From positions 124,001 to 188,000 of the forward strand of contig NZ_BAABFP010000004.1 in NCBI RefSeq assembly GCF_039541115.1: a stretch of 64,000 nucleotides of DNA. The letters are read 5' to 3'. Below are positions 1-8,491 of this stretch, piece after piece (position 1 is the first letter of the stretch; each line of letters starts with the position of its first letter). The notes under the pieces were generated by a model. The model saw nothing but the letters and a program-made list of their open reading frames with translations. It was not told where the DNA came from and searched no databases. The translations under genes were made by a program, and so were the position numbers. Source of the DNA: Angustibacter luteus (GTDB lineage Bacteria; Actinomycetota; Actinomycetes; Actinomycetales; Angustibacteraceae).

Positions 1-18
1 CGCGTCGATGTCGCTCAT
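1..18 (-). CDS. 5' end of a gene running off the window (MSDIDA...), probably leaderless and CsoR-type regulated
   Basis: ATG at 18 on minus strand with TATAGT -10 (30-25) 6 nt upstream, overlapped by an ATAC-N9-GTAT site. Confidence 0.45.
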
Positions 19-27
19 GTGCACACT

Positions 28-44
28 ATACCCCCTACCCGTAT
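28..44. promoter_or_regulatory. CsoR/RicR-type operator ATACCCCCTACCCGTAT
   Basis: ATAC-(C-rich 9 nt)-GTAT pseudo-palindrome typical of CsoR-family sites; second 17-bp copy at 30915-30931. Confidence 0.6.
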
Positions 45-60
45 GGGGCACCCAGCAGGG

Positions 61-119
61 GGCTTGCTCACCCCGGACCGCTGAACCCGTCTGCGGCGGC
101 GGCCGGGGGTGAGCAAACC
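61..119. repeat. Intergenic imperfect inverted repeat (REP-like hairpin)
   Basis: TTGCTCACCCC (64-74) pairs perfectly with GGGGTGAGCAA (106-116); stem extends inward with bulges. Confidence 0.7.
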
Positions 120-149
120 GGCGTGAGATGAGCAACAGGGGCGAAGGGG

Positions 150-198
150 TTGCGCGTGTTACCGACGAGTAGCATCATGGGAGTTACTGGCGGGTAAC
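150..198 (+). promoter_or_regulatory. Promoter of the acyl-CoA dehydrogenase with two GTTAC-N6-GTA(A/G)C operators
   Basis: TTGCGC(150-155)-N17-CATCAT(173-178); GTTACCGACGAGTAGC 158-173 and GTTACTGGCGGGTAAC 183-198. Confidence 0.6.
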
Positions 199-235
199 AC
201 TGCCCGCACGCGCCTCACCTGGAAGGACCCGCGTC

Positions 236-2107
236 ATGGGCCACTACAAGTCCAACGTCCGCGACATCGAGTTCACCCTGTTCGAGGTGCTCGGGCGCCA
301 GGAGCTGCTGGGCCAGGGCCCGTACGAGGACATCGACACCGACACCGCCCGCGAGATGGTGCGTGAGGTCGCCCGGCTGGCCGAGAACGAGCTCGCAGAG
401 AGCCTGCTCGACTCCGACCGCAACCCGCCGGTGTACGACCCGAAGACCTACGAGGTGACGGTCCCGGCGGCCTTCCGCAAGAGCTACCAGGCGTACCTGG
501 ACGCCGAGTGGTGGCGGACCGACATCCCCGCCGAGCTCGGCGGCACCGTCATCCCGCCGTCGCTGCGCTGGGCCATCGCCGAGCTCGTCCTCGGCTCCAA
601 CCCGGCCGTGCACATGTACTCCGCCGGCTTCGCCTTCGCCAAGGTGCTCTACGCCCTGGGCACGGACGACCAGAAGACCCTCGCCCAGCACCTGGTGGAC
701 CAGCACTGGGGCGCCACGATGGTCCTCACCGAGCCGGACGCCGGATCGGACGTCGGCGCCGGCCGCACCAAGGCCGTGCAGCAGCCCGACGGCACCTGGC
801 ACATCAGCGGCGTCAAGCGCTTCATCACCAGCGCCGAGGCCGACTTCTACGACAACGTCGTGCACTTCGTGCTGGCCCGCCCCGAGGGCGCCGGCGCCGG
901 CACGAAGGGCCTGAGCCTGTTCATCGTGCCGAAGTACCACGTCGACCTCGAGACCGGCGAGAAGGGCGAGCGCAACGGCGCCTTCGTCACCAACGTCGAG
1001 CACAAGATGGGCCTCAAGGTCTCCACCACCTGCGAGGTGCGCTTCGGCGAGGTCGACGGCATCCCCGCGGTCGGCACCCTGCTCGGCGAGGTGCACGACG
1101 GCATCGCGCAGATGTTCAAGATCATCGAGTTCGCCCGGATGATGGTCGGCACCAAGGCGATCGCCACGCTGTCCTCCGGCTACCTGAACGCGCTCGACTA
1201 CGCAAAGGAGCGCGTCCAGGGCGCCGACCTCACCCAGATGACCGACAAGGCCGCGCCGCGGGTGACCATCACGAACCACCCGGACGTCCGCCGCTCGCTC
1301 ATGCTGCAGAAGGCCTACGCCGAGGGCCTGCGCGCGCTGGTGCTGTTCACCGCCAGCCAGCAGGACACCGTGGACGTCGCCGGCCAGGCGGCCGGTGGCA
1401 GCGAGGACTTCGAGGCCGGCTCGGCCGCCGACATGGCCGTGCGGGTCAACGACCTGCTGCTGCCGCTGGTCAAGGGCTGCGGCTCGGAGCGCGCGTGGGT
1501 GCTGCTGGGCACCGAGTCGCTCCAGACGTTCGGCGGGTCCGGCTTCCTGCAGGACTACCCGATCGAGCAGTACGTCCGCGACTCCAAGATCGACAGCCTG
1601 TACGAGGGCACCACCGCGATCCAGGGCATGGACTTCTTCTTCCGCAAGATCGTGCGGGACAAGGGCCAGGCGCTGGGTCACCTGGCGACCCAGATCCAGG
1701 AGTTCGCCAAGGGCGGCGGCGGCGACCTGGGCACGGAGCGCGAGCTGCTGGGCAAGGCCCTCGAGGACGTGCAGGGCATCGTCGGCACGATGGTCGCCGC
1801 GCTGATGTCCTCGGACCCGCGCCAGGACGGCGACATCGCCAACATCTACAAGGTCGGCCAGAACACCTCGCGGCTGCTGCTCGCCACCGGCGACCTCGTC
1901 GTCGGCTGGCTGCTGCTGCGCCAGGCCGAGGTGGCCGCCGAGGCCCTGAAGGGTGAGGTGTCGACGTCCGACCACGCGTTCTACACCGGCAAGGTCGCCG
2001 CCGCGTCCTTCTTCGCCCGCACCGTCCTGCCGAAGATCGCCGCCGAGCGGGCCATCGCCGAGGCCATGGACAACGCGCTGATGGACGTGCCCGAGAACGC
2101 GTTCTGA
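236..2107 (+). CDS. fadE5: Acyl-CoA dehydrogenase, FadE5-like
   Basis: N-terminus [18 protein letters not shown] resembles mycobacterial FadE5; [45 protein letters not shown] motifs; AAGGA RBS. Confidence 0.9.
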   Translation: MGHYKSNVRDIEFTLFEVLGRQELLGQGPYEDIDTDTAREMVREVARLAENELAESLLDSDRNPPVYDPKTYEVTVPAAFRKSYQAYLDAEWWRTDIPAELGGTVIPPSLRWAIAELVLGSNPAVHMYSAGFAFAKVLYALGTDDQKTLAQHLVDQHWGATMVLTEPDAGSDVGAGRTKAVQQPDGTWHISGVKRFITSAEADFYDNVVHFVLARPEGAGAGTKGLSLFIVPKYHVDLETGEKGERNGAFVTNVEHKMGLKVSTTCEVRFGEVDGIPAVGTLLGEVHDGIAQMFKIIEFARMMVGTKAIATLSSGYLNALDYAKERVQGADLTQMTDKAAPRVTITNHPDVRRSLMLQKAYAEGLRALVLFTASQQDTVDVAGQAAGGSEDFEAGSAADMAVRVNDLLLPLVKGCGSERAWVLLGTESLQTFGGSGFLQDYPIEQYVRDSKIDSLYEGTTAIQGMDFFFRKIVRDKGQALGHLATQIQEFAKGGGGDLGTERELLGKALEDVQGIVGTMVAALMSSDPRQDGDIANIYKVGQNTSRLLLATGDLVVGWLLLRQAEVAAEALKGEVSTSDHAFYTGKVAAASFFARTVLPKIAAERAIAEAMDNALMDVPENAF

Positions 2108-2124
2108 GTCGCGTCACCCGACGC

Positions 2125-2162
2125 ACGAGGGGCCGCCACCCGGCTGGGTGGCGGCCCCTCGT
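2125..2162. terminator. Hairpin terminator between convergent genes
   Basis: ACGAGGGGCCGCCACCC-GGCT-GGGTGGCGGCCCCTCGT perfect 17-bp stem. Confidence 0.8.
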
Positions 2163-2171
2163 CTTCCACGC

Positions 2172-2411
2172 CTACGGTCGGCGCGTGGTGTCCTCCGGCG
2201 GGATGCCGGTCTCCCGGTGCTCCACGACGGCCTGGTGCGAGGTGTTCGCCCGCTGCTGGTTGATCACCAGCGACAGGATGATCGCCAGGACGCCGGCCGC
2301 GATGCAGATGTAGCCGATGGCCGTCAGGTCGAGCGCGTCCCAGCTGTCCTGGACGCCGAAGGCGAGCACGCCGCCGACGACCAGCAGGAAGATGCCTCCA
2401 CCGATACCCAT
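2172..2411 (-). CDS. Small two-TM membrane protein (DUF6458-like)
   Basis: MGIGGGIFLLVVGGVLAFGV...DLTAIGYI; AGGAGGAG RBS. Confidence 0.75.
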   Translation of the reverse strand: MGIGGGIFLLVVGGVLAFGVQDSWDALDLTAIGYICIAAGVLAIILSLVINQQRANTSHQAVVEHRETGIPPEDTTRRP

Positions 2412-2522
2412 GTCACTCCTCCTGTGCGGCCACCGTTCGGCGGCTCGTCGTCCCCGAGTGTCGGGGGTCGGACCCCGGACCGCACGTCGAACACGCCCAT
2501 CCGGGTGACTCGGCAGGCCCGC

Positions 2523-4403
2523 TCAGGTGCCGCGCAGGTGCAGCTCGAGCACGGACGGCGCCCCCGCGCGCACCCGCACCGGGATGCCCCAGTCCTGCTG
2601 GTACAGGTGGCACGCGGCGCCGTCGGGGACCTCGCCGGTCAGCTCGTCACCGTCGCACGCGGCCGCCTGCACGCTCACGTGCAGGACCACCTCGTCGACG
2701 TCCTCGGCCAGCCGCAGCGTGCGCGTCAGCCCGCGGGCGGTCCCGTCGCCCTCGACCAGCGCGGCCGGCGGCGTCGCGCTCACCGTGAGCTGGGTCGGGT
2801 CGCCCCAGCGGTAGTCGAGCTTCTGCCCGGACGGCGGCACGAAGCTCACGCCCAGCGCGACCTCGCCGGGCGCCAGGTCCGTGGGCGGGCGCTGCGTGCG
2901 CCGGGCGCCACCGTCGACCCGCTGGGCGTCGGCCGGCACAGCCACCCTGGTGAGCCGGTGCGCGGCCGACTCGACGACCACGAGGACCGGGTCGGTGCCG
3001 TCCGGGACCTCCAGGACGGCGGCGCTGGGCTCGGCGAGGCCGGTGGCCAACGTGGTCACCTCCCCGGACGCCGGGTCGAACCGGCGGACCGCCCCGTTGT
3101 AGGTGTCGCAGACCGCCACCGAGCCGTCCGGCAGGGCGGTCACCGCCAGCGGGTGCTGCAACAGGGCGTCGGCCGCCGGGCCGTCTACGTGCCCGAAGTC
3201 GAACAGCCCGGTGCCGACGTCCGTCAGCACCTCGTACGGCGAGCCGTCGACCTCGCGGCGGTGCAGGTGCCGCAGCGCGGAGGTCTCGGAGTCCGCCACC
3301 CACAGGCGCTCGCCGTCGCCGGCCGTGGCCAGCCCCGATGGCTGGGCGAACCAGGCGTCGCGCGCGCCACCGTCCCGGATGCCCTCCGCGCTGGTACCGG
3401 CCAGCACCTCGACGGTGCCCGCGACCGGGTCGAACCGCCACAGCTGGTGGGTGCCCGCCATCGCCACCACGACGGCGCCGTCGAACCAGGCCAGATCCCA
3501 CGGGGAGGACAGGTCCTGCTCGGTGGCCGGACCAGCACCGGTGCGCTGGCGCAGCTGGTGTCCGGTGCCCGCGACGGTCGTCACCGAGCCGTCCTCGAGC
3601 CACAGACCGCGCAGGGCGTGGTTCACCGTGTCGGCGACCAGCACGTCGTAGCCCACCTGTGCCGCAACGGATTCCGGTAGCACCAGCAGTCCCTGCGGCT
3701 CGCTGAGCTCAGCCGTCGCGGCCGCGCCGTCGGTGAAACCCCTGGCGCCAGAACCGATCCGACGCCGCTCGGTGACCAGGTCAGCCTCGAGCTCGACGAG
3801 CTGGTGGTGCGCGCTGTCGCTCACCAGGAACGTGCCGCCGGGCAGCACCGCGACCTTGCCCGGGAAGCGCAGGGCGGTGGACGGCGCGGGCGGTGGCACG
3901 TACGGACCGTCCCCGCGGTGCAGGGTCCCCTTCTGCTCGTGCTCCGCGACCAGCTCGTCGAGCAGCACGCCCAGCCCGTGCGCGTGCCCCTCACCGGACA
4001 GCTGGGCCACGACGTAGCCCTCCGGGTCGACGACGGTCAGCGTGGGCCACGCCCGGGCCGCGAAAGCCTTCCAGGTCAACAGCTCCGGGTCGTCGAGCAC
4101 CGGGTGGTGCACCTCGTAGCGCTCGACGGCCGCGACCAGTGCTTCGGGGTCCGCCTCGTGCTCGAACTTGGGCGAGTGCACGCCGATGGTGACCAGCACG
4201 TCCGCGTACTCCTGCTCGAGCGGACGCAGCTCGTCCAGCACGTGCAGGCAGTTCACGCAGCAGAACGTCCAGAAGTCGAGCAGCACGATCTTGCCGCGCA
4301 ACCCGGCCAGCGAGAGCGGCTCGCCACCGGTGTTCAGCCAGCCACGGCCGGCCAGCTCGGGTGCGCGCACGCGAGCGCTACGGAGGTTCGTGACGGAGTT
4401 CAT
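2523..4403 (-). CDS. Thioredoxin-like plus NHL-repeat protein (NHLRC2/SOQ1-like)
   Basis: LDFWTFCCVNC, GVHSPKF, repeated NHL blades (LSEPQGL, LSSPWDL, FAQPSGL, LQHPLAV); start moved to ATG 4403 (TACGAT -10 8 nt upstream). Confidence 0.88.
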   Translation of the reverse strand: MNSVTNLRSARVRAPELAGRGWLNTGGEPLSLAGLRGKIVLLDFWTFCCVNCLHVLDELRPLEQEYADVLVTIGVHSPKFEHEADPEALVAAVERYEVHHPVLDDPELLTWKAFAARAWPTLTVVDPEGYVVAQLSGEGHAHGLGVLLDELVAEHEQKGTLHRGDGPYVPPPAPSTALRFPGKVAVLPGGTFLVSDSAHHQLVELEADLVTERRRIGSGARGFTDGAAATAELSEPQGLLVLPESVAAQVGYDVLVADTVNHALRGLWLEDGSVTTVAGTGHQLRQRTGAGPATEQDLSSPWDLAWFDGAVVVAMAGTHQLWRFDPVAGTVEVLAGTSAEGIRDGGARDAWFAQPSGLATAGDGERLWVADSETSALRHLHRREVDGSPYEVLTDVGTGLFDFGHVDGPAADALLQHPLAVTALPDGSVAVCDTYNGAVRRFDPASGEVTTLATGLAEPSAAVLEVPDGTDPVLVVVESAAHRLTRVAVPADAQRVDGGARRTQRPPTDLAPGEVALGVSFVPPSGQKLDYRWGDPTQLTVSATPPAALVEGDGTARGLTRTLRLAEDVDEVVLHVSVQAAACDGDELTGEVPDGAACHLYQQDWGIPVRVRAGAPSVLELHLRGT

Positions 4404-4534
4404 GGGCGCCCATCGTAAAGCGAGGGCCCAGCGGGGCCGACACCAGACAGGACGGCAGAATCCACCCGGCAGGTCGGGCCGCTGCACTAGCCTGCCAGCG
4501 AACGGCGTACCGCCGGCTCCTGAAAGGCAAGGTC

Positions 4535-7393
4535 ATGTCCGCTGGTCGGCTCGTCGCCGTCGTCCTCTCCGCCCTCCTCGGCGGGACGCTGCTCGCGTCC
4601 CCGGCCCAGGCGTCGGATGCACCCGCGACCGACGACCCCGCTCAGCGCGTCGTCCGGATCTGGTCCGGTCCGGCGTCTGGCAGCAGCGGTCAGCTGGTCG
4701 CGCAGGTCACCACCACCGGCGTCGGACCGTGGGAGTGGGCGCCGAGCCTGAACCGGCTCGCGCTGGGCTCCAGCGACCCGGTGGCCGTCATCGGGCCGAT
4801 CCCCGGCACCGGCGTCCACGACGTCGTCGACACCAACACCACCCCCGGGCCTGGACAGGTGGCGTTCTGGCCGAACCTGCCGTACACCGCGAGCTGCTCC
4901 GGGGACTACCCGATGACCGGCAAGGTCGACGTGTCCCAGGTCGCCTACGACGACAACGGGTTGCTGCGTTCGCTGACCGCCGCGTTCCGCTGGCGCTGCA
5001 GCACCAGGCTCGACGAGCAGGTCATGGTGGTCCAGGTCTCGCCTGCCGGCGTCGATCGCGCCCCCGCACCCTGGCTGCGACTCACCCCACCGAGCCCCGG
5101 CGCACGCGCCGTGCTCGGCACCCCGCACGTCGTGACCTGGACTCTGAGCAATGACGGAACCGCTCCGGCCCACGTCCTCGCGGCGAGCGTCGACCGGTCG
5201 GGCACCGCGGTGGACGCCGACAGCTGCGTCGGCGAGCTCGCGCCAGGCGCCAGCTGCGCGATCGAGACCACGACCCCGTACGCGGACGACGCGTGGACCG
5301 GCCAAGAACGCGCCGAGCTGCGGGTGCGCAGCACGGACCCGGGGACAGCGCCGGGCGCCGGACCGGACGGCCAGGACGACGCGCAGCTCCCCGACGTCGC
5401 GGCCTCGGCGACCTGGCAGGTCGTCGCGAAGGAGACCGGCGTCGAGATCGTGGACGGCTTCGCCGTGCCCGGACTGGCGCAGGTCGACTGGCAGGGAATC
5501 GACGGCGCCCCGGTGGAGACCGGCGCCGGCCTCCCGCGTGACATCCTGGTCGAGCGGCTGGACGGCGACAGCTGGGTCCCGGCGGGAGTCGCTCCCTTCA
5601 GCACGCCGACCCTGGTCCGGGGTCTTCCGGAGCGAGGCACCGTCACCCTGCGGCTCATCCCCCGCACGACCGTCGCCGAGCTCCCGGCGACGGACTCCGT
5701 GCGGCTCGCAGTCGCGCCCGAGGGCATCCTCAGCGGCGACGAGGTCCGTCCGATCGAGGATGCGCCGCTGCTCGGCACCTCCGAGCTCGTCGACGCCCCG
5801 GGCGTCGCCGTGGCCGCCGTCGAGCAGACTCCGGATGGTCACCACCTCGTGGTCGCGGGTACGCGAGCAGACCATCGCGCCGTCCTCGGCACCACGAACG
5901 CGTCGGGGCAGGAGTGGCACGAGCTGGCCACCACCGCCGACGTGCTCCGGCAGCTGCGCGTGTCGCCCGACAGCACGTTCGCGGTCGCCTCGGACGGACG
6001 TCACGAGGCCGTCCGGATCGACCTCTCCTCCGGCCAGGTCACCCCACTGCCGACCTGTTGCACCCCTGCCGGCTTCTCGCCCGACGGACGCTCAGTGCTG
6101 ATGTTCGCGTCCACGTTCACGCTGACGGGGCTGAGCTGGCTGGACCTGGCCAGCGGCACCTGGGGGCAGACGCTGCCAGGGACCGCCGGGGTGACCTCCG
6201 CTGACGTCTCCCGCGACGGGTCGATCGCCTACGTCGTCGGCGATCAGACGCCTGCGTCGGTCGTCCGGGTCATCCGGCCCGGCTCCACCACGTCCGCCGC
6301 GTTCTGGGCGATGGCCGGCATCCACTCCCCGCGCTGGGACCGGACCGGCACGCGGATGGTCGCCCGTCAGTACGGCGCCAGCGGTTCGGTCGTGCGCGAG
6401 GCCGACGGGACGCTGCGCACCGTGCACGCAGCCCTGGGCGCCGCACCGTCCTGGCTCGAGCCGTCGTCGTCCCGGGCGCCAGGGGTGTCCCTGCCGACAC
6501 CAGGTGCGACGACCACCTCCCCGGGCTGGACCGCATCCACCACCTCGATCCCGTTCGTGGTCAACGACCCTGATGACCGGGCCGGCTCTGTGACGTCTCG
6601 GTGCAGCCTGGACGGCGCACCCGCCACCGCGTGCAGGTCGCCGCTGGCCCTCCAGCACCTCGCCGCCGGCGCCCACACCCTGCGGGTCACGGCGACCGAC
6701 CCGGCCGGCAACACCTCCACCGCCGCAGCCACATGGCGGGTCGAGGTGACGGCACCGACGGCGGCCCTCTCGGCGCTGCCGACCGTGACCATGGGCTCCG
6801 TCCGGGTCGGCTGGACGGGTCAGGACACGGGCGGCAGCGGCCTGTGGTCCTACGACGCGCGCTACCGGGAGTGGCAGGCCGAGGGACTGGCCGGCAGCCC
6901 CGTGTACGTCCAGCCGTCGAGGTGGCAGGGCCTGCGTACCCCGTCGCTCGTCACGGCGACCGCGGCCGGCACCACCCGCTGCGTGTCGGTGCGCGCGCGC
7001 GACCGGGCGGGCAACGTCGGCCCGTGGAGCGCCGAGCGGTGCGTGATGACCCCCCTCGACGACCGCGGCCTCAACTCGTACGGGTTCAGCCGGGCCGTCC
7101 AGTCCGGCGCCTTCCGGTCCACGCTCTCCGTGGCGCGGTCCCCGGGCCGGAGCCTGAGCCGACCGGAGATCCACGGCAGCCGGATCGCCCTCGTCGTCAC
7201 CACGTGCCCGACCTGCGGATCGGTCGAGGTCGGCTTCGGCCCGTACACCCGTCGCGTGAGCCTGTACAGCAAGAAGGTCGCCCACCGCGTGGTCCTCTGG
7301 CTGCCAGCGCACACGTCGGGCACCCGCTCGGTGCTGATCACCAGCACCAGCAGCAGGTACGTGGCGATCGACGGCATCGTGGTCCGCCGCTAG
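4535..7393 (+). CDS. Large secreted multidomain protein (Ig/FN3-like and TolB-like beta-propeller)
   Basis: Signal peptide ending AQA; SPDG/TPDG repeats; CSLDG..C.SP..L..L..G.HTLRVTATDPAGN Ig module; CVSVRARDRAGNVGPWS FN3-like; C-terminal CPTCG domain. Confidence 0.75.
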   Translation: MSAGRLVAVVLSALLGGTLLASPAQASDAPATDDPAQRVVRIWSGPASGSSGQLVAQVTTTGVGPWEWAPSLNRLALGSSDPVAVIGPIPGTGVHDVVDTNTTPGPGQVAFWPNLPYTASCSGDYPMTGKVDVSQVAYDDNGLLRSLTAAFRWRCSTRLDEQVMVVQVSPAGVDRAPAPWLRLTPPSPGARAVLGTPHVVTWTLSNDGTAPAHVLAASVDRSGTAVDADSCVGELAPGASCAIETTTPYADDAWTGQERAELRVRSTDPGTAPGAGPDGQDDAQLPDVAASATWQVVAKETGVEIVDGFAVPGLAQVDWQGIDGAPVETGAGLPRDILVERLDGDSWVPAGVAPFSTPTLVRGLPERGTVTLRLIPRTTVAELPATDSVRLAVAPEGILSGDEVRPIEDAPLLGTSELVDAPGVAVAAVEQTPDGHHLVVAGTRADHRAVLGTTNASGQEWHELATTADVLRQLRVSPDSTFAVASDGRHEAVRIDLSSGQVTPLPTCCTPAGFSPDGRSVLMFASTFTLTGLSWLDLASGTWGQTLPGTAGVTSADVSRDGSIAYVVGDQTPASVVRVIRPGSTTSAAFWAMAGIHSPRWDRTGTRMVARQYGASGSVVREADGTLRTVHAALGAAPSWLEPSSSRAPGVSLPTPGATTTSPGWTASTTSIPFVVNDPDDRAGSVTSRCSLDGAPATACRSPLALQHLAAGAHTLRVTATDPAGNTSTAAATWRVEVTAPTAALSALPTVTMGSVRVGWTGQDTGGSGLWSYDARYREWQAEGLAGSPVYVQPSRWQGLRTPSLVTATAAGTTRCVSVRARDRAGNVGPWSAERCVMTPLDDRGLNSYGFSRAVQSGAFRSTLSVARSPGRSLSRPEIHGSRIALVVTTCPTCGSVEVGFGPYTRRVSLYSKKVAHRVVLWLPAHTSGTRSVLITSTSSRYVAIDGIVVRR

Positions 7394-7397
7394 GTCG

Positions 7398-7676
7398 TCA
7401 GTCCTGGTGGTCGTCCTTGTGCGCGCGCAGGCTGCGGCGCATCAGCACCACCAGCACGAAGCCGGTGCCGATCAACCCGCCGGTGAAGACGTCGCGGGCG
7501 GTCTCGGGGTCCGAGCGCTCGAGCATCCCGGCGATGAACGCGGAACCACCCAGCAGCACCCAGACGATCGGCGCGCCGGTGAACATCACGTAGTTCGTCA
7601 TCGAGCCCGAGCGGCGCCACGAGACCGCGATCAGCACCAGGCAGGCCAGCGCCACGACCAGGTAGAACCCCATCAC
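7398..7676 (-). CDS. Small membrane protein (3 TM), hypothetical
   Basis: Hydrophobic 92-aa ORF coupled to upstream stop (GTGATG overlap). Confidence 0.6.
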   Translation of the reverse strand: MMGFYLVVALACLVLIAVSWRRSGSMTNYVMFTGAPIVWVLLGGSAFIAGMLERSDPETARDVFTGGLIGTGFVLVVLMRRSLRAHKDDHQD

Positions 7677-8491
7677 AGCCGCCGGTCGTCGAGCACCGGG
7701 AACCGTTGCCGCACACCGTCCAGGCCGTCGACGTCCAGCTCGACCGACAGCACCTGCTCACCCTCGCCGGCCTCGGCCAGCACCTCACCGGTCGGCCCGA
7801 CCACCTGGCTGAAGCCACCCATGGCGTGACCCGCGTGCGTCCCGGCCGTGTTGCAGGCGACGACGAACACCTGGTCCTCGATCGCCCGGGCCTGGCCGAG
7901 CAGCGTCCAGTGCGCGACCCGGGCAGCCGGCCACGCGGCCGGGACGAGGACGACCCGCGCCCCCGCGTCCAGCAGCCGACGGAACAGCTCGGGGAAGCGC
8001 AGGTCGTAGCAGGTGGCCAGACCGACCCGGACGTCGTCGCCGGCGGTGGCCGGGCGCGGGACGTCCGCGGTGACGACGTCCTCGCCGGCCTCGAGCAGCT
8101 GCGGCTCACCCTCACCGAACCCGAACCGGTGCACCTTGCGGTACGTCGCCAGCCGGGCGCCGTCCGGGCCGAGCAGCACCGAGGTGTTCCACAGCCCGCG
8201 GCCCTGCGCGCCGGGGTCGGCGCCCTCGGCCGCGCGCTCGATGATCGACCCGGCGTGCAGCACCACGCCGGCGTCGCGGGCGGCGGCGGCCATCGCCGTC
8301 ATCGTCGGCCCGTCCAGCCCCTCGGCCCGCTCGGCCCAGCCGCGGTACGCGAAGCCCTCGGGCGCCCACAGCTCGGGCAGCACGACCAGGTCGTGACCCG
8401 CCAGGCCACGGACCATCGCGGCCACCCGGTCCGTGCGCTCGGCCACCGGCTCGCCGTCGCCGTACCCGACCTGCACCACGGCCACCCTCAC
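7673..8491 (-). CDS. Carbon-nitrogen hydrolase (nitrilase family)
   Basis: VVLPELW, YRKVHRFG, ATCYDLRFPE (E-K-C triad), RAIEDQ..V.ACN; GTG 8491 overlaps upstream TGA. Confidence 0.9.
   Translation of the reverse strand: MRVAVVQVGYGDGEPVAERTDRVAAMVRGLAGHDLVVLPELWAPEGFAYRGWAERAEGLDGPTMTAMAAAARDAGVVLHAGSIIERAAEGADPGAQGRGLWNTSVLLGPDGARLATYRKVHRFGFGEGEPQLLEAGEDVVTADVPRPATAGDDVRVGLATCYDLRFPELFRRLLDAGARVVLVPAAWPAARVAHWTLLGQARAIEDQVFVVACNTAGTHAGHAMGGFSQVVGPTGEVLAEAGEGEQVLSVELDVDGLDGVRQRFPVLDDRRL

Noticed and set aside
215..1975. Long antisense and alternative-frame ORFs here and throughout the window (e.g. 14060-16705, 21013-23172, 61180-63141)
   Set aside because: Expected shadows of high-GC codon bias opposite recognisable genes; no family motifs.
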